A stretch of 55,401 nt of DNA from Minisyncoccales bacterium (GCA_049641805.1 JBARNX010000043.1:1-55401); one strand, 5' to 3'. Counted from the stretch's first letter, positions 8,630 to 18,218 are shown. The notes: generated from the letters alone by a model not told the origin. A program made the numbers and translations.

Positions 8630-9538
8630 CTAAACTTTCAAGTAGCGAGTGATAGCAATCATACTGGAAAAAATTCCCAATCCGGCGCCGATACCGATCT
8701 GGATCCCAATCAGAGTCCAAATACCGGTAAGGAAATTCTGCCACAAACTCATCCCGGGAAGAATCGCGGCCAGCATCGGGCTCAAATACCAGCAAATCAC
8801 CGCCGCGATTAAAAATGAAAACACCGCGCCCAGAATGCCGAAAATCAACCCTTCAACCAAAAACTGCCCGCGCACAAACCATCGCGACGCGCCCACAAGC
8901 CGCTGAATGGCAATTTCGCGGCCGCGGCTCAAAATAGCCGTCCGGATAGTGTTATAAGTGACAATCACCGATATAAAGCCGAGAATGGCGAACAATACCA
9001 ACCCGACCTTCTTGGTGTTCTCGGTGATCGCGAAAATCTTTTGGATTACTTCTTTTTTTTCGTTATAATTCACGCGGTTCACCATATCCTTATATTCATC
9101 CTGCGCCAGCAACGCGGAAACTTCGTCAAACTTCACCGTTGATACCGCGCTCACATTCAATAACGAAACAAGCGGATTGCCGTTAATCTCATTGAGCGAT
9201 TCCAACAAAACCGCGTCATTTTGGTGGCGAATCTTGAAATCTTCCAGTGCCTGGTCTTTGGACACATACTGCACATTTTCAATGCCCGGGATTTGATTGA
9301 TTTTGTCTTTAACTCTCAAAATATCGTTTTCGGAAACACTCTCGTTAAAATAAACCGAAATATCCGCCTTGGACTGAAATTCTCTGATCAAAAAAGCGCT
9401 CACATCCTTCATCTCGAATAACAACGAAGTAAGCAAAATCGGAATCATTATTATGAAAATATTGGCTATCGCGATTCCGCCGTCGCGGCTCAAATTATGC
9501 CAGCCCAAACCGATTATTCTTTTAATGGAAGTAAACAT
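8630..9538 (-). CDS. ftsX: Cell-division ABC transporter permease FtsX
   Basis: Has N- and C-terminal transmembrane segments and QRLVGASRWFVRGQFLVEG. Immediately downstream of ftsE. Confidence 0.88.
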   Translation of the reverse strand: MFTSIKRIIGLGWHNLSRDGGIAIANIFIIMIPILLTSLLFEMKDVSAFLIREFQSKADISVYFNESVSENDILRVKDKINQIPGIENVQYVSKDQALEDFKIRHQNDAVLLESLNEINGNPLVSLLNVSAVSTVKFDEVSALLAQDEYKDMVNRVNYNEKKEVIQKIFAITENTKKVGLVLFAILGFISVIVTYNTIRTAILSRGREIAIQRLVGASRWFVRGQFLVEGLIFGILGAVFSFLIAAVICWYLSPMLAAILPGMSLWQNFLTGIWTLIGIQIGIGAGLGIFSSMIAITRYLKV

Positions 9539-9544
9539 ATTAAC

Positions 9545-9630
9545 AAATGAAAATTGAAATTAAAAATGCCGCAAATCTAAATTTTGATATTTTACACTAT
9601 CATTTTGATTTTTGATTTTTACATTTTAAT
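9545..9630. repeat. Degenerate family-A-like hairpin in the ftsE-ftsX spacer
   Basis: AAATGAAAATTGAAATTAAAAATG ... CATTTTGATTTTTGATTTTTACATTTTA. Confidence 0.55.
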
Positions 9631-10329
9631 CTATAATGCGAACCTTCCCTTTTCTTCGTCGCGGATAACCTTGCCTTTTTCCAGAGTCACTACGCGTCTT
9701 TTGAGTTTATTAACAATCTCGCGGTTATGCGTGGCCAGCACCACGGTCGTACCCATCTCATTGATTTTGAGCAAAAGCTTTAGAATATCCAAGGTATGAT
9801 AAGGATCAAGATTGCCGGTGGGTTCATCGGCCAACACCACCTCGGGCCGATGGATCAGCGCGCGCGCGATGGCTACCCGTTGGCGTTCTCCGCCGGAAAG
9901 CTCGGCCGGAAAATTTTTCTCGCGGTCGGACAATTCCACAATCTCCAATATCCGCGGCACATCCCGCCTGATTTCGGTGTCGCTGGCGCCGATGACTTTC
10001 ATCACATAAGCGATATTGTCGCGCACGGTCATATTGGGCAAAAGTTTGTAATCCTGAAAAACCGCGCCGATGCTGCGGCGCAAACCATTGAGATTCCCTT
10101 GTTTCAATTTATAGATGTTCTGATCTTTGAATAAAATACTGCCGTTAGTCGGTTTTTCTTCAACCAGCATCAGCTTGAAAAGCGTGGTTTTCCCCGCGCC
10201 CGACCGGCCCACCACCGACACAAATTCGCCCGGCATTATGCCAAACGAAACTCCATCCAGCGCCACGATATTGTTGGCGCCCGCGATCCGCGAACCATAA
10301 ACTTTCGTGATGTCGTTAAATTTAATCAT
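9631..10329 (-). CDS. ftsE: Cell-division ABC transporter ATPase FtsE
   Basis: Walker [10 protein letters not shown], signature [15 protein letters not shown] and Walker [12 protein letters not shown]. Confidence 0.9.
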   Translation of the reverse strand: MIKFNDITKVYGSRIAGANNIVALDGVSFGIMPGEFVSVVGRSGAGKTTLFKLMLVEEKPTNGSILFKDQNIYKLKQGNLNGLRRSIGAVFQDYKLLPNMTVRDNIAYVMKVIGASDTEIRRDVPRILEIVELSDREKNFPAELSGGERQRVAIARALIHRPEVVLADEPTGNLDPYHTLDILKLLLKINEMGTTVVLATHNREIVNKLKRRVVTLEKGKVIRDEEKGRFAL

Positions 10330-10338
10330 ATGGATGCC

Positions 10339-10423
10339 CGATCGTTAATCGTCAATCTTTAATCTTTAACTAAAAATGCAAAATTATCCGTTTTTGTTAA
10401 AGATTAAGGATTAACGATTAAAG
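10339..10423. repeat. Family-F hairpin (TTAATCGT/ACGATTAA words), copy F1
   Basis: CGTTAATCGTCAATCTTTAATCTTTAAC ... GTTAAAGATTAAGGATTAACGATTAA. Confidence 0.6.
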
Positions 10424-10424
10424 G

Positions 10425-11493
10425 TTATTGCAATCTTATTTCCGCTTCGATAAACTTATCCAATCTTCCGTCAAGAACTTCGTCCACTTGCGTCGTTTCC
10501 GCGCCGGTGCGCGTATCTTTCACCAGCTTATAGGGATCAAGCACATAGTTGCGGATCTGGTTGCTCCAACTGGCCGAAACCCGCTCGCCTTTGATCTTCG
10601 ACAATTCAGTCTCGCGCGTTTCCCGCATCAGCTGAAACAACTTCATTTTCAACAATTCCATGGCTCGATCGCGATTTTGCCCCTGCACGCGCTCAGTTTG
10701 GCAAGTGGTAAATATCCCTGTCGGGATATGGGTAATGCGCACCGCCGACTCGCGCTTATTCACATATTGTCCGCCCGGACCGGACGACCGGTAGAAATCA
10801 ATCCTCAAATCTTCGGGCTTCAATTCCAAATTTTTCAATTCGCTTTTTGGGAATTCCGGATAAACCTCCACCAGTGCGAACGATGTCTGGCGCAAATGCT
10901 TGGCATTGAACGGTGACAGCCGCACCAAACGGTGCACGCCGGTTTCTTTTTTCAAATAACCATATGCCGTCAATCCTTTAATATACACCGATACCTCTTT
11001 ATAACCAACCCGGCCGTCGGTAACGCCATCGCCAAACGACTCGTGCAAAATGGCGGTTCTAAATCCTTTGCGCTCGCAATAACGATTGTACATCCGCAAA
11101 AGCATCGCGCCCCAATCCTGCGCGTCCTGGCCTCCCGCGCCGGAATGAATCGTCAATATCGCGTTTTCGCGGTCATATTTGCCTGACAAAAAAACGATTT
11201 GTTCGATTGCTTCAAGTTTTTTGAGAGCTTGGGCGATTGCTTCGTTGTCCCCCGCGCCAACCAATAATTCCAGTTCCACCTCCAGATTCTCAAAATCTTC
11301 AACCGTTTTTTTCAGACTGGCCAGCTCTTCGCTGACTCGCGCCGCCGTATCGGGAGAACCCCAAAAATCCGGCCGGGAAGTTTCGATATCCAACTCTTTT
11401 ATTTTCTCTTTTTTGGCGCGAAAGTCAAAGACGGTCCATCAAAAGATGGAGCTTATCCTGCAATCCCTTAATCTGTGAATTTGTGTCCTCCAT
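10425..11493 (-). CDS. prfB: Peptide chain release factor 2, needs a programmed +1 frameshift (22 codons in frame 0, then 333 codons in frame +1)
   Basis: Frame 0 reads MEDTNSQIKGLQDKLHLLMDRL then TGA. Frame +1 continues DFRAKKEKIKELDIETSRPDFW... Contains the SPF motif (RLSPFNAK) and GGQ (SGPGGQYVN). Confidence 0.92.
11424..11430 (-). promoter_or_regulatory. prfB +1 frameshift heptamer CUU UGA C
   Basis: The minus strand reads cgt CTT TGA Ctt. This is identical to the classical RF2 autoregulatory shift site. Confidence 0.88.
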
Positions 11494-11704
11494 AATAATA
11501 ATTTATACAATCCCCACTGCCAATTTACCACACAAAAAACCAAAAGTGAAGCTCAAATCAAACGGCGTATTCTAGCGGCAGGCCTTGTGTCCGCCCGTAT
11601 TGCAACCCGCGCAAAAAAGCAAAGGGCGAAAACCTGGTTTCACCCCTACGGATATAAATCAAAATTCGGCATTGCAGGGGCGATTACGCGCAATCGCCTG
11701 TTTC

Positions 11705-11780
11705 TGGAGCCGAGAAGAGGGGTCGAACCTCCGACCTGCGGTTTACGATACCGCCGCTCTGCCAACTGAGCTATCTCGGC
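11705..11780 (-). tRNA. tRNA-Thr (anticodon CGU) with encoded CCA
   Basis: GCCGAGA UA GCUC AGUUGGCA GAGC G GCGGU AUCGUAA ACCGC AGGUC GGAGG UUCGACC CCUCU UCUCGGC U CCA. Confidence 0.9.
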
Positions 11781-12172
11781 TTGATAACGGATTTGCTGCC
11801 ACGACAAAATCTTATCACAAGTAAAAGTTTGAAGCAATAAGACTTATTAAAAAATACCCTTGCGGGCAAGATTTAAAAAAACTTGAGAGGATGATGGGGA
11901 CGATCGGGTTTGCATCCGGCGCTGTAGTTTTATATACTCACCGGGAAACCCTTTGGATAGCGCTTTCGGGAACTGTCCTAGAGGCCGGGCCTGAAGGACG
12001 GTAACCGGGCAACCATCATATTCTTCCTCATCATTCTCCCAACTTTCACTTTTTCTCGATAAGACGCTTATCGTCTTACACCTACATTATACAATACTTT
12101 TCTATTACTTGTCAATAGCAAAAACGGCGGGAACCGAAAATCGGCTTGCCGCCAGCCAATTTCCTCAAAAAG

Positions 12173-12403
12173 TTATGGCTGGGGATTTTGGTTTCCCGGC
12201 GCTTCTCTTTCGTAATCCGGCCGTATCTTCTTTCCGGGGATACCCAAAGCCATAAAAAAACCGCCCGCGATCAAACTCATGACTATCGCCACCTCGAATT
12301 GCGTTGCGGACAAAACCGAATTTTTGTGCGCCATCAAACCCAAGCCGAACCCAACCGAGATTCCGCCCAAGATAGTGAATAAAAATTTGATTATCGAATT
12401 CAT
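12173..12403 (-). CDS. Small hypothetical membrane protein (two predicted transmembrane helices)
   Basis: 76 aa: IIKFLFTILGGISVGFGLGLM and VAIVMSLIAGGFFMALGI, then a charged tail. The overlapping plus-strand ORF has no such features. Confidence 0.5.
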   Translation of the reverse strand: MNSIIKFLFTILGGISVGFGLGLMAHKNSVLSATQFEVAIVMSLIAGGFFMALGIPGKKIRPDYEREAPGNQNPQP

Positions 12404-12525
12404 GGATTTGCGGCTTAGAATTTATAATCCAGAGTAATTATTATATACCTTAAATTTTAAACCAAAACACCAAAAAGACAATATCGCCGCGTATTGCCGC
12501 AAACCAAAATAGAAGCCGCCTTCGG

Positions 12526-15351
12526 CTAACGCCTTTTGGCGAAATCGCAAATATCTTTAAACTCGCACCACTCGCATTGCCAACCCGGTTTGGCGCGAAA
12601 ATCGCTTTTGGTAATTTCCTTGATTATGGAAGAAATTTTACTCCTTTCATCAACAATATCTTGGCCATTGGGAGAAAATGACAACGGTTTGCATTCGTTT
12701 AAATAAAAATAAGTTAATTTCTCCGCGTTCAGGCCAAACACTTCCTTGGCCGCAATCTGGTAAATCATCAACTGCATCTTGTCTTCGGGCCGCAACCGTT
12801 CCTTGGCAGCGCCGGTTTTGTAATCAATAATTTCAATCCCGCGCCCGCTTTCATCGATGCGGTCAATCTTGCCCGTAATGGAATAGCCGTCGATTTTCAG
12901 ATTAAAATCCTGCTCCAGCGCCGGAACGCCATTGATGGTGTGTATTCTTGGCTGGCGGACGGAAAAATCTTTCCAAAAATTTTTTAACGATTCCAATCCC
13001 TGTTTGTAATAAGTTTCTTTTTCGCTTTTGCCGTCATACCATTCGTCGATCCAATTCTTTTTGTAAATATCCGCCAGCTGTTTGAAACTCCCTTTTTTGT
13101 TTCCCATTTCAAACAAAAATTCGTAAAGCGCGTTATGCATTGTTTTGCCATAGCTGAAAAACGCCTTACCCCGCGTGGGAATTCGCAAAATATGGGCAAA
13201 TTTATATTGCATCGGACACTTTTCAAAAGTCGCCAGCTGCGTAAACGAAAAGTGGCCCGGCAAAACTCCGCGCACTTGCGGCTTGCGGCAGTTATTGGCA
13301 ACGCGCACCGTACGCACTTCATCTTCATGGTTGTCGCCGTTATAGCCCATTTCATGCAAAAACCGCGAGATTTTTTTGGGCCTTGCCCCGCCATAGTCCG
13401 CGGCCGAAGTCAGATACAACCCGCGCCGCGCCCGGGTCATTGCCACATAAAATAAACGCCTTTCTTCTTCCAAATGCGCGTCGCCGGCCGGAACCGGATC
13501 GTTTGCCAATTCCTCGGGAATTTCAATTTCATCGCCGCGCGCGCTGGTCGGAAATTTTCGATCGACAAGATTGGCAATAAAAACATACTCGAATTCCAGC
13601 CCTTTGGCGGAATGAATCGTCATAATCTGCACCGCGTCCGGAGTTTTAATCGGATCAAAATTCAATTTGCCTTCCTCTCCGGATTCGATTTCCATATCAA
13701 GTTCATCAATAAATTTTTTTAAATTGGGATCGATATTGGCCGCTTCAAAATCCTTGATTTTGCCATAAAATTGGCCTATAAAACCAATTTCGCCGCGGCG
13801 ATCCTGACGCACCAATTGCTCCAGATAACCCGAATCTTCCAAAAATGACAGCATCAATTCGGAAACTTTTCTTTCCCGCACAATCGCGCCGTGCTTTGAT
13901 GCCATTTCCAGCAATTTGTTGATGCCCGCGATACCGTGTTCGGTCAATCCGCTTATCAACGGCAATTCGTTTAACGACTCATAAATCGATTGGGATTTTT
14001 TATACCCGTATTGGGTAATTTTAACGATATCCGCGTTTGGAATCATCAAAAACGGCATATTGATCACCCGCCACACCGCCGAACTTTCGTGGTAATTGTT
14101 CAAAAACTTCAGATAGGAAATAATATCCAGCACCGCGGGCTTGGAATATAAACCCTTTAACGCCATAAATTGCGCCGGCAGGCCCGACCGCTCGCACGCG
14201 CGCGCAAACTGGCCGGCACTCTCATTGGCCCGCAGTAAAATCGCGAAATCACCGTAAGCGCAATTTTTTTCCTCCTTTAGAATTTTAATGATTTCATTGA
14301 TCACGCCCTGCACTTCCTGCTCCACGCTTTTAAAATGCAAATGCCTGATGGCGCCATTGCAGTTCGCGTCAGCGATCAAACGCTTGTCTATTTTATCAAT
14401 AAATTCCAAACGGCGCGGATTATTGGCCTGGATAAAATTATAAGCCTGGTCCAAAATATTCTGGCATGAACGGTAATTACGCGTCAGCACCACGCTCTCC
14501 GCTTCGGGAAAATCTCTCTTAAACTGGAGGATATTGCCAAAACTCGCGCCCCGCCAGCGGTAAATCGCCTGATCGTCGTCGGCGCATACGGTAAGATTAT
14601 TGTTCGGAGCGGCGATAAATTTAACCAGCTCGTATTGTATCCAATTGGTATCTTGAAATTCATCCACCAGAATATATTTGAATTGTTTGCGGAGTCTTTC
14701 CAGAACCGCGGGCCGCTTTTTAAAAAGATCAACCGCGTAATTAAGCAAATCGCCGAAATCCAGCAAATTATTTTCCATTAATAGATTTCTATAATGACCG
14801 TAAGCGCGGGCCAGCTCAAGCAACCTTTCTTTTTCTTCAACCGCGCCTTTGGCATACTTCAAATAATCCGCGGGAAATATTCCCTGGTCCTTGCACCGCG
14901 AGAAATGATTGAGCAGGGCGTGGATGAACTTTGCCGGATTACCTAGCGGTTTGTAATATTTCAACTTCAACCGGTCAAGATTATTCCGCATCAAAAGCCA
15001 CGCCGCGGTCTGATCAACCAGCTTGAAATTTCCCGGAATGCCGATATCCAGCCCGTTCTGGCGCAAAATCCGCTCACAAAACGAATGGAAAGTACATATC
15101 CAAAGGTCGGCATAACCAAACGACAAAAGATTATCCGCCCGGTCTTCCATCTCCCCGGCGGCTTTATCAGTGAAAGTAAGCGCCAAAATTTCCTCGGGTT
15201 TAGCCATCTTCTGTTCTACCAGCCACGCGATTCGATGCGTGATCGCCCTAGTCTTGCCCGTTCCCGCGCCCGCCACAATCAAAAGCGGCCCGTTTGCGTG
15301 GGCAACGGCGGCTTTTTGTTCCTTATTAAGTTTATTCAAGTCTAATGCCAT
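12526..15351 (-). CDS. UvrD/PcrA-type superfamily-1 helicase fused to a C-terminal PD-(D/E)XK (Cas4/AddB-like, 4-Cys) nuclease
   Basis: Walker A AGAGTGKT, DEFQDT, TIHSAKGLEF and YVAMTRAR. The C-terminus has CPMQYKF ... IDYKTG ... CEWCEFKDIC. Confidence 0.85.
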   Translation of the reverse strand: MALDLNKLNKEQKAAVAHANGPLLIVAGAGTGKTRAITHRIAWLVEQKMAKPEEILALTFTDKAAGEMEDRADNLLSFGYADLWICTFHSFCERILRQNGLDIGIPGNFKLVDQTAAWLLMRNNLDRLKLKYYKPLGNPAKFIHALLNHFSRCKDQGIFPADYLKYAKGAVEEKERLLELARAYGHYRNLLMENNLLDFGDLLNYAVDLFKKRPAVLERLRKQFKYILVDEFQDTNWIQYELVKFIAAPNNNLTVCADDDQAIYRWRGASFGNILQFKRDFPEAESVVLTRNYRSCQNILDQAYNFIQANNPRRLEFIDKIDKRLIADANCNGAIRHLHFKSVEQEVQGVINEIIKILKEEKNCAYGDFAILLRANESAGQFARACERSGLPAQFMALKGLYSKPAVLDIISYLKFLNNYHESSAVWRVINMPFLMIPNADIVKITQYGYKKSQSIYESLNELPLISGLTEHGIAGINKLLEMASKHGAIVRERKVSELMLSFLEDSGYLEQLVRQDRRGEIGFIGQFYGKIKDFEAANIDPNLKKFIDELDMEIESGEEGKLNFDPIKTPDAVQIMTIHSAKGLEFEYVFIANLVDRKFPTSARGDEIEIPEELANDPVPAGDAHLEEERRLFYVAMTRARRGLYLTSAADYGGARPKKISRFLHEMGYNGDNHEDEVRTVRVANNCRKPQVRGVLPGHFSFTQLATFEKCPMQYKFAHILRIPTRGKAFFSYGKTMHNALYEFLFEMGNKKGSFKQLADIYKKNWIDEWYDGKSEKETYYKQGLESLKNFWKDFSVRQPRIHTINGVPALEQDFNLKIDGYSITGKIDRIDESGRGIEIIDYKTGAAKERLRPEDKMQLMIYQIAAKEVFGLNAEKLTYFYLNECKPLSFSPNGQDIVDERSKISSIIKEITKSDFRAKPGWQCEWCEFKDICDFAKRR

Positions 15352-15384
15352 TTATTTTTTTCGCGCACCTTCCATAATTCAAAC

Positions 15385-15415
15385 AAAACCGCCCCTGGCA
15401 AATTCGGGCGGTTTT
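15385..15415. terminator. Bidirectional-looking terminator hairpin between the HEPN gene and the helicase start
   Basis: AAAACCGCCC ... GGGCGGTTTT. On the minus strand it is followed by UUUUGUUUG. Confidence 0.65.
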
Positions 15416-15425
15416 TGTTTGATTA

Positions 15426-15830
15426 TCAAAATACAATCTTATTTGAACAATGATTTTTGATTTTTATTCCCGCCCCATATGCTTCTTCGGCCATTTCCCA
15501 TGTAAAACCCTCGGGGAAATTACCCGGGTAACGGACGCCAATATAATAAGGCCCGAGAACAGCAAAACATTCTTTCAAATCATTTATTTGTTTATCATAA
15601 ACAAAAATCAAGTTTCCCAACTGGGTCAAATCATGGATGCGGGGATAATCGCCGCTGTAAAACAAAAGCAAAGCCTTAAGGGTTTTCTCTGCCATTTGCT
15701 GGGAAATAAAACAAACCAGCGATGGTGAAACATCTTTATCTTTGATAAGCGCGATTATATTATTCTCATCTTCTTGCGCGTATGCCATCCACTCGCCTAT
15801 AATTTGTTTTTTATCCTGATTATCGTTCAT
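15426..15830 (-). CDS. HEPN-domain protein (toxin partner of a HEPN/MNT pair)
   Basis: 134-aa helical protein with ...AEKTLKALLL...RIHDLTQL..., and an 11-nt overlap with the upstream MNT gene. Confidence 0.75.
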   Translation of the reverse strand: MNDNQDKKQIIGEWMAYAQEDENNIIALIKDKDVSPSLVCFISQQMAEKTLKALLLFYSGDYPRIHDLTQLGNLIFVYDKQINDLKECFAVLGPYYIGVRYPGNFPEGFTWEMAEEAYGAGIKIKNHCSNKIVF

Positions 15831-16161
15831 ATAAAACTTTCCCCGAATTAATGATCTTTAGTATAAAAGGATCGCCGATTTTCTTTCTCTGTTCCAATTG
15901 CGCCGATTTATACACCAATATATCAACAGGCATATCCCGATCGGCAATAATCCGGTCAACATCTCTTATCATTTCTATTTGCGGCTTATCTTCGTCCTTG
16001 ATTATAAAAATATCCGCATCGCTATCCTTGTGCGGTTTCCCCCAAGCAAAAGACCCGAAAAGAATAATTTTTTTCGGTTTATAATTTTTAACTATTTTAT
16101 CGCTTATCTTAGCGATTTTTCCATCAATTATTCCCGCCATATTATTTTTTGATGATACCAT
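15820..16161 (-). CDS. Minimal nucleotidyltransferase (MNT) domain protein (antitoxin partner)
   Basis: IILFGSFAWGKPHKDSDADIFII, i.e. the GS-x-D-x-D pol-beta-type nucleotidyltransferase motif. Confidence 0.8.
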   Translation of the reverse strand: MVSSKNNMAGIIDGKIAKISDKIVKNYKPKKIILFGSFAWGKPHKDSDADIFIIKDEDKPQIEMIRDVDRIIADRDMPVDILVYKSAQLEQRKKIGDPFILKIINSGKVLYER

Positions 16162-16265
16162 GATTGATCAAAATCGCGAAGCTTAATAAGCCATATCGAA
16201 TTTTTAAAAATCCCGCCGCGATTGCTCAAAATTATTCGTTACGGATTTCCCGGTTAACGGGTATA

Positions 16266-16859
16266 TTATCGGTTATGGATTTCTTCTTCCTTTTGCGTCC
16301 AATCTTCGTATTTTTCTTCCACAATTTCTTTTTCTTTTTGTATCCGTTGATGTTTTTCCTCCAATTCTTTGGGAATCGCGCGTTTTTGCTTGGTGTAATA
16401 ATCAAAAATCGCTTCCGCCAGCGCATCGGCGGCCAAAACCGAACAATGCAGTTTAATCGGCGGCAATCCGCCCAAACTTTGCACGATTTCCTGCTTGTCA
16501 ATGGCAATCGCTTCTTCCAAAGTTTTACCTTTTGCCAAGTCCGTAATCGCACTGGAAGTGGCAATCGCCGCCACACACCCGAAAGTCTCGAATTTGATAT
16601 CCTTGACAATTTCCTTGCTTGATTTATTTTTAGAAACCTTAATATATAACCACATCACATCGCCGCAGACCAAGTTGCCCACTTTGCCCACGCCGTCCGG
16701 ATCCTTGATTTTGCCGTAATTATGCGGCGCCATAAAATGTTCCATCACATCGGCGGTATAAGGACCGTTGGCACTGGTTCTTCCTTTCGGGCATACGCCG
16801 CATTTGGGTTTGCAAACCGCGCAATTTTTTGTCGTTTTTTTTGTAATTTTCTTAGTCAT
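16266..16859 (-). CDS. iscU: IscU/NifU-type Fe-S scaffold with a Cys-rich N-terminal extension and an E/K-rich C-terminal tail
   Basis: VCGDVMWLYIKV, FGCVAAIATSS and LHCSVLA supply the three scaffold Cys. The N-terminus has CAVCKPKCGVC. Confidence 0.85.
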   Translation of the reverse strand: MTKKITKKTTKNCAVCKPKCGVCPKGRTSANGPYTADVMEHFMAPHNYGKIKDPDGVGKVGNLVCGDVMWLYIKVSKNKSSKEIVKDIKFETFGCVAAIATSSAITDLAKGKTLEEAIAIDKQEIVQSLGGLPPIKLHCSVLAADALAEAIFDYYTKQKRAIPKELEEKHQRIQKEKEIVEEKYEDWTQKEEEIHNR

Positions 16860-18066
16860 TGGCTTTAAACGGCGAAATTTCTCTCAACCTCGTTATTATT
16901 TTGGGCAAGGTTTTCAAAACATAATTTATATCCGAATCCTTGGTCCAGCGCCCTATCGACAGCCGGAGCGAACCATGCGCTTCCTGCGGCTTCAAGCCGA
17001 TCGCGGTCAGAACATGGCTGGCGGCCAACTTTGCCGAAGAACATGCCGATCCGGTGGACGCGGCAATGCCGTTGATGTCCAGCTGGATAATCATCGACTC
17101 GCCCTCCACAAACTCAAACCAGATGTTGGCGTTGCCCGGCAAGCGCCCGGTTGGATGGCCGTTTAAATGCGAATGAGGAATATTTTTTAATATCCCGGCG
17201 ATCAATTTATCGCGCAATTTTATCTGGCGCGCCGATTCTTTTGCCATTTCTTTCTTGGCGATTAACGCCGCCTGCGCAAAACCATAGATTGCCGGCACAT
17301 TCACCGTCGATGAACGCATTCCCGACTCCTGGCCGCCGCCGTGCAATATCGGTTCGATTTTCACTCCTTGGCGAACATACAAACAAGCCGCGCCTTTCTG
17401 TCCGTAAATTTTTTGCGAACTGGCGGTTAATAAATCAATGTTCATTTTTTCAACATCAATTCCAATTTTGCCGAATGATTGCGCCGCGTCGGTGTGAAAA
17501 TACACGCCTTTATTGCGGCATATCTTGCCGATTTCGGCAATCGGTTCAATCGTGCCGATTTCGTTGTTCGCGTGCATCACCGAAACCAGAATCGTATCCG
17601 GCCGAATCGCCGCGGAAACATCGGCGGGATTAACTATGCCGTATTGATCCACCTTCAGCCGCGTGGCCTCAAAACCCTGCTTTTCCAGCCATGCCGCGCT
17701 TTCCATCACGCACGCGTGCTCAATGGAAGAAATTATCAAATGCTTGCCGCGGTTTTTGTTCGCAAACATCACCCCTTTCAAGGCCAAATTGTTGCTCTCC
17801 GTAGCCGAACCGGTAAAAACAATTTCCTTGGGTTGCGCGTTGATAACGCCGGCGATATCCGCGCGGCTCTGTTCCAAAACTTCCCGCGCCTGCTGGCCGA
17901 AACCGTGAAACGACATCGAATTGGCAAACATATCCGGCAAATTATCAGCGGTAAGTTTAGCCACCCGCGGGTCAACCGGGGTCGCGGCCCCGTAATCCAT
18001 GTAGATACGCTGAGGTTGCGGCTGGCCAACTTTTTTCTTTTTTTTAGCAATTATTTTTTTAACCAT
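16852..18066 (-). CDS. iscS: Cysteine desulfurase (NifS/IscS class)
   Basis: IYMDYGAATP, HANNEIGT, SSQKIYGQKG (PLP lysine) and STGSACSS (active-site Cys). The track start at 18117 was trimmed to the ATG at 18066. Confidence 0.88.
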   Translation of the reverse strand: MVKKIIAKKKKKVGQPQPQRIYMDYGAATPVDPRVAKLTADNLPDMFANSMSFHGFGQQAREVLEQSRADIAGVINAQPKEIVFTGSATESNNLALKGVMFANKNRGKHLIISSIEHACVMESAAWLEKQGFEATRLKVDQYGIVNPADVSAAIRPDTILVSVMHANNEIGTIEPIAEIGKICRNKGVYFHTDAAQSFGKIGIDVEKMNIDLLTASSQKIYGQKGAACLYVRQGVKIEPILHGGGQESGMRSSTVNVPAIYGFAQAALIAKKEMAKESARQIKLRDKLIAGILKNIPHSHLNGHPTGRLPGNANIWFEFVEGESMIIQLDINGIAASTGSACSSAKLAASHVLTAIGLKPQEAHGSLRLSIGRWTKDSDINYVLKTLPKIITRLREISPFKAND

Positions 18067-18074
18067 AATTTTAC

Positions 18075-18216
18075 TTAAATCCGAAGCACGAAATCCGAAA
18101 CAAGCAAGAATTTTCAAAATTAAAATGTTTTAAACAAAACGCGGATTTTTGTTTTGAAAATTTTTAAATTAAAATTTCGATATTGTTTCGGATTTCGAAA
18201 TTCGATATTCGGATTT
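18075..18216. repeat. Family-E hairpin (ATCCGAAA/TTTCGGAT words), copy E1
   Basis: AAATCCGAAGCACGAAATCCGAAACAAG ... TTGTTTCGGATTTCGAAATTCGATATTCGGATTT. Confidence 0.65.
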
Positions 18217-18218
18217 AA

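Noticed and set aside
11424-11430. Alternative genetic code (UGA read as Gly or Trp), as seen in some candidate phyla.
   Set aside because: UGA terminates several well-defined genes (for example patatin at 21904 and ribE at 52429-52431). It is also the RF2-dependent shifty stop in prfB, and the conserved proteins contain no in-frame UGA.
11887-12029. The candidate RNA could be SRP (4.5S) RNA, 5S rRNA, tmRNA, RNase P RNA or an FMN/TPP riboswitch.
   Set aside because: The defining blocks are absent on both strands. There is no GGAA-tetraloop/AGCA helix-8 motif, no CCGAAC loop C, no tRNA-like 3' end, no GAGGAAAGUCC and no riboswitch core. Only short chance-level similarities (GGGAACUG, ACUGUCC) were seen. 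It is kept as an unclassified candidate.
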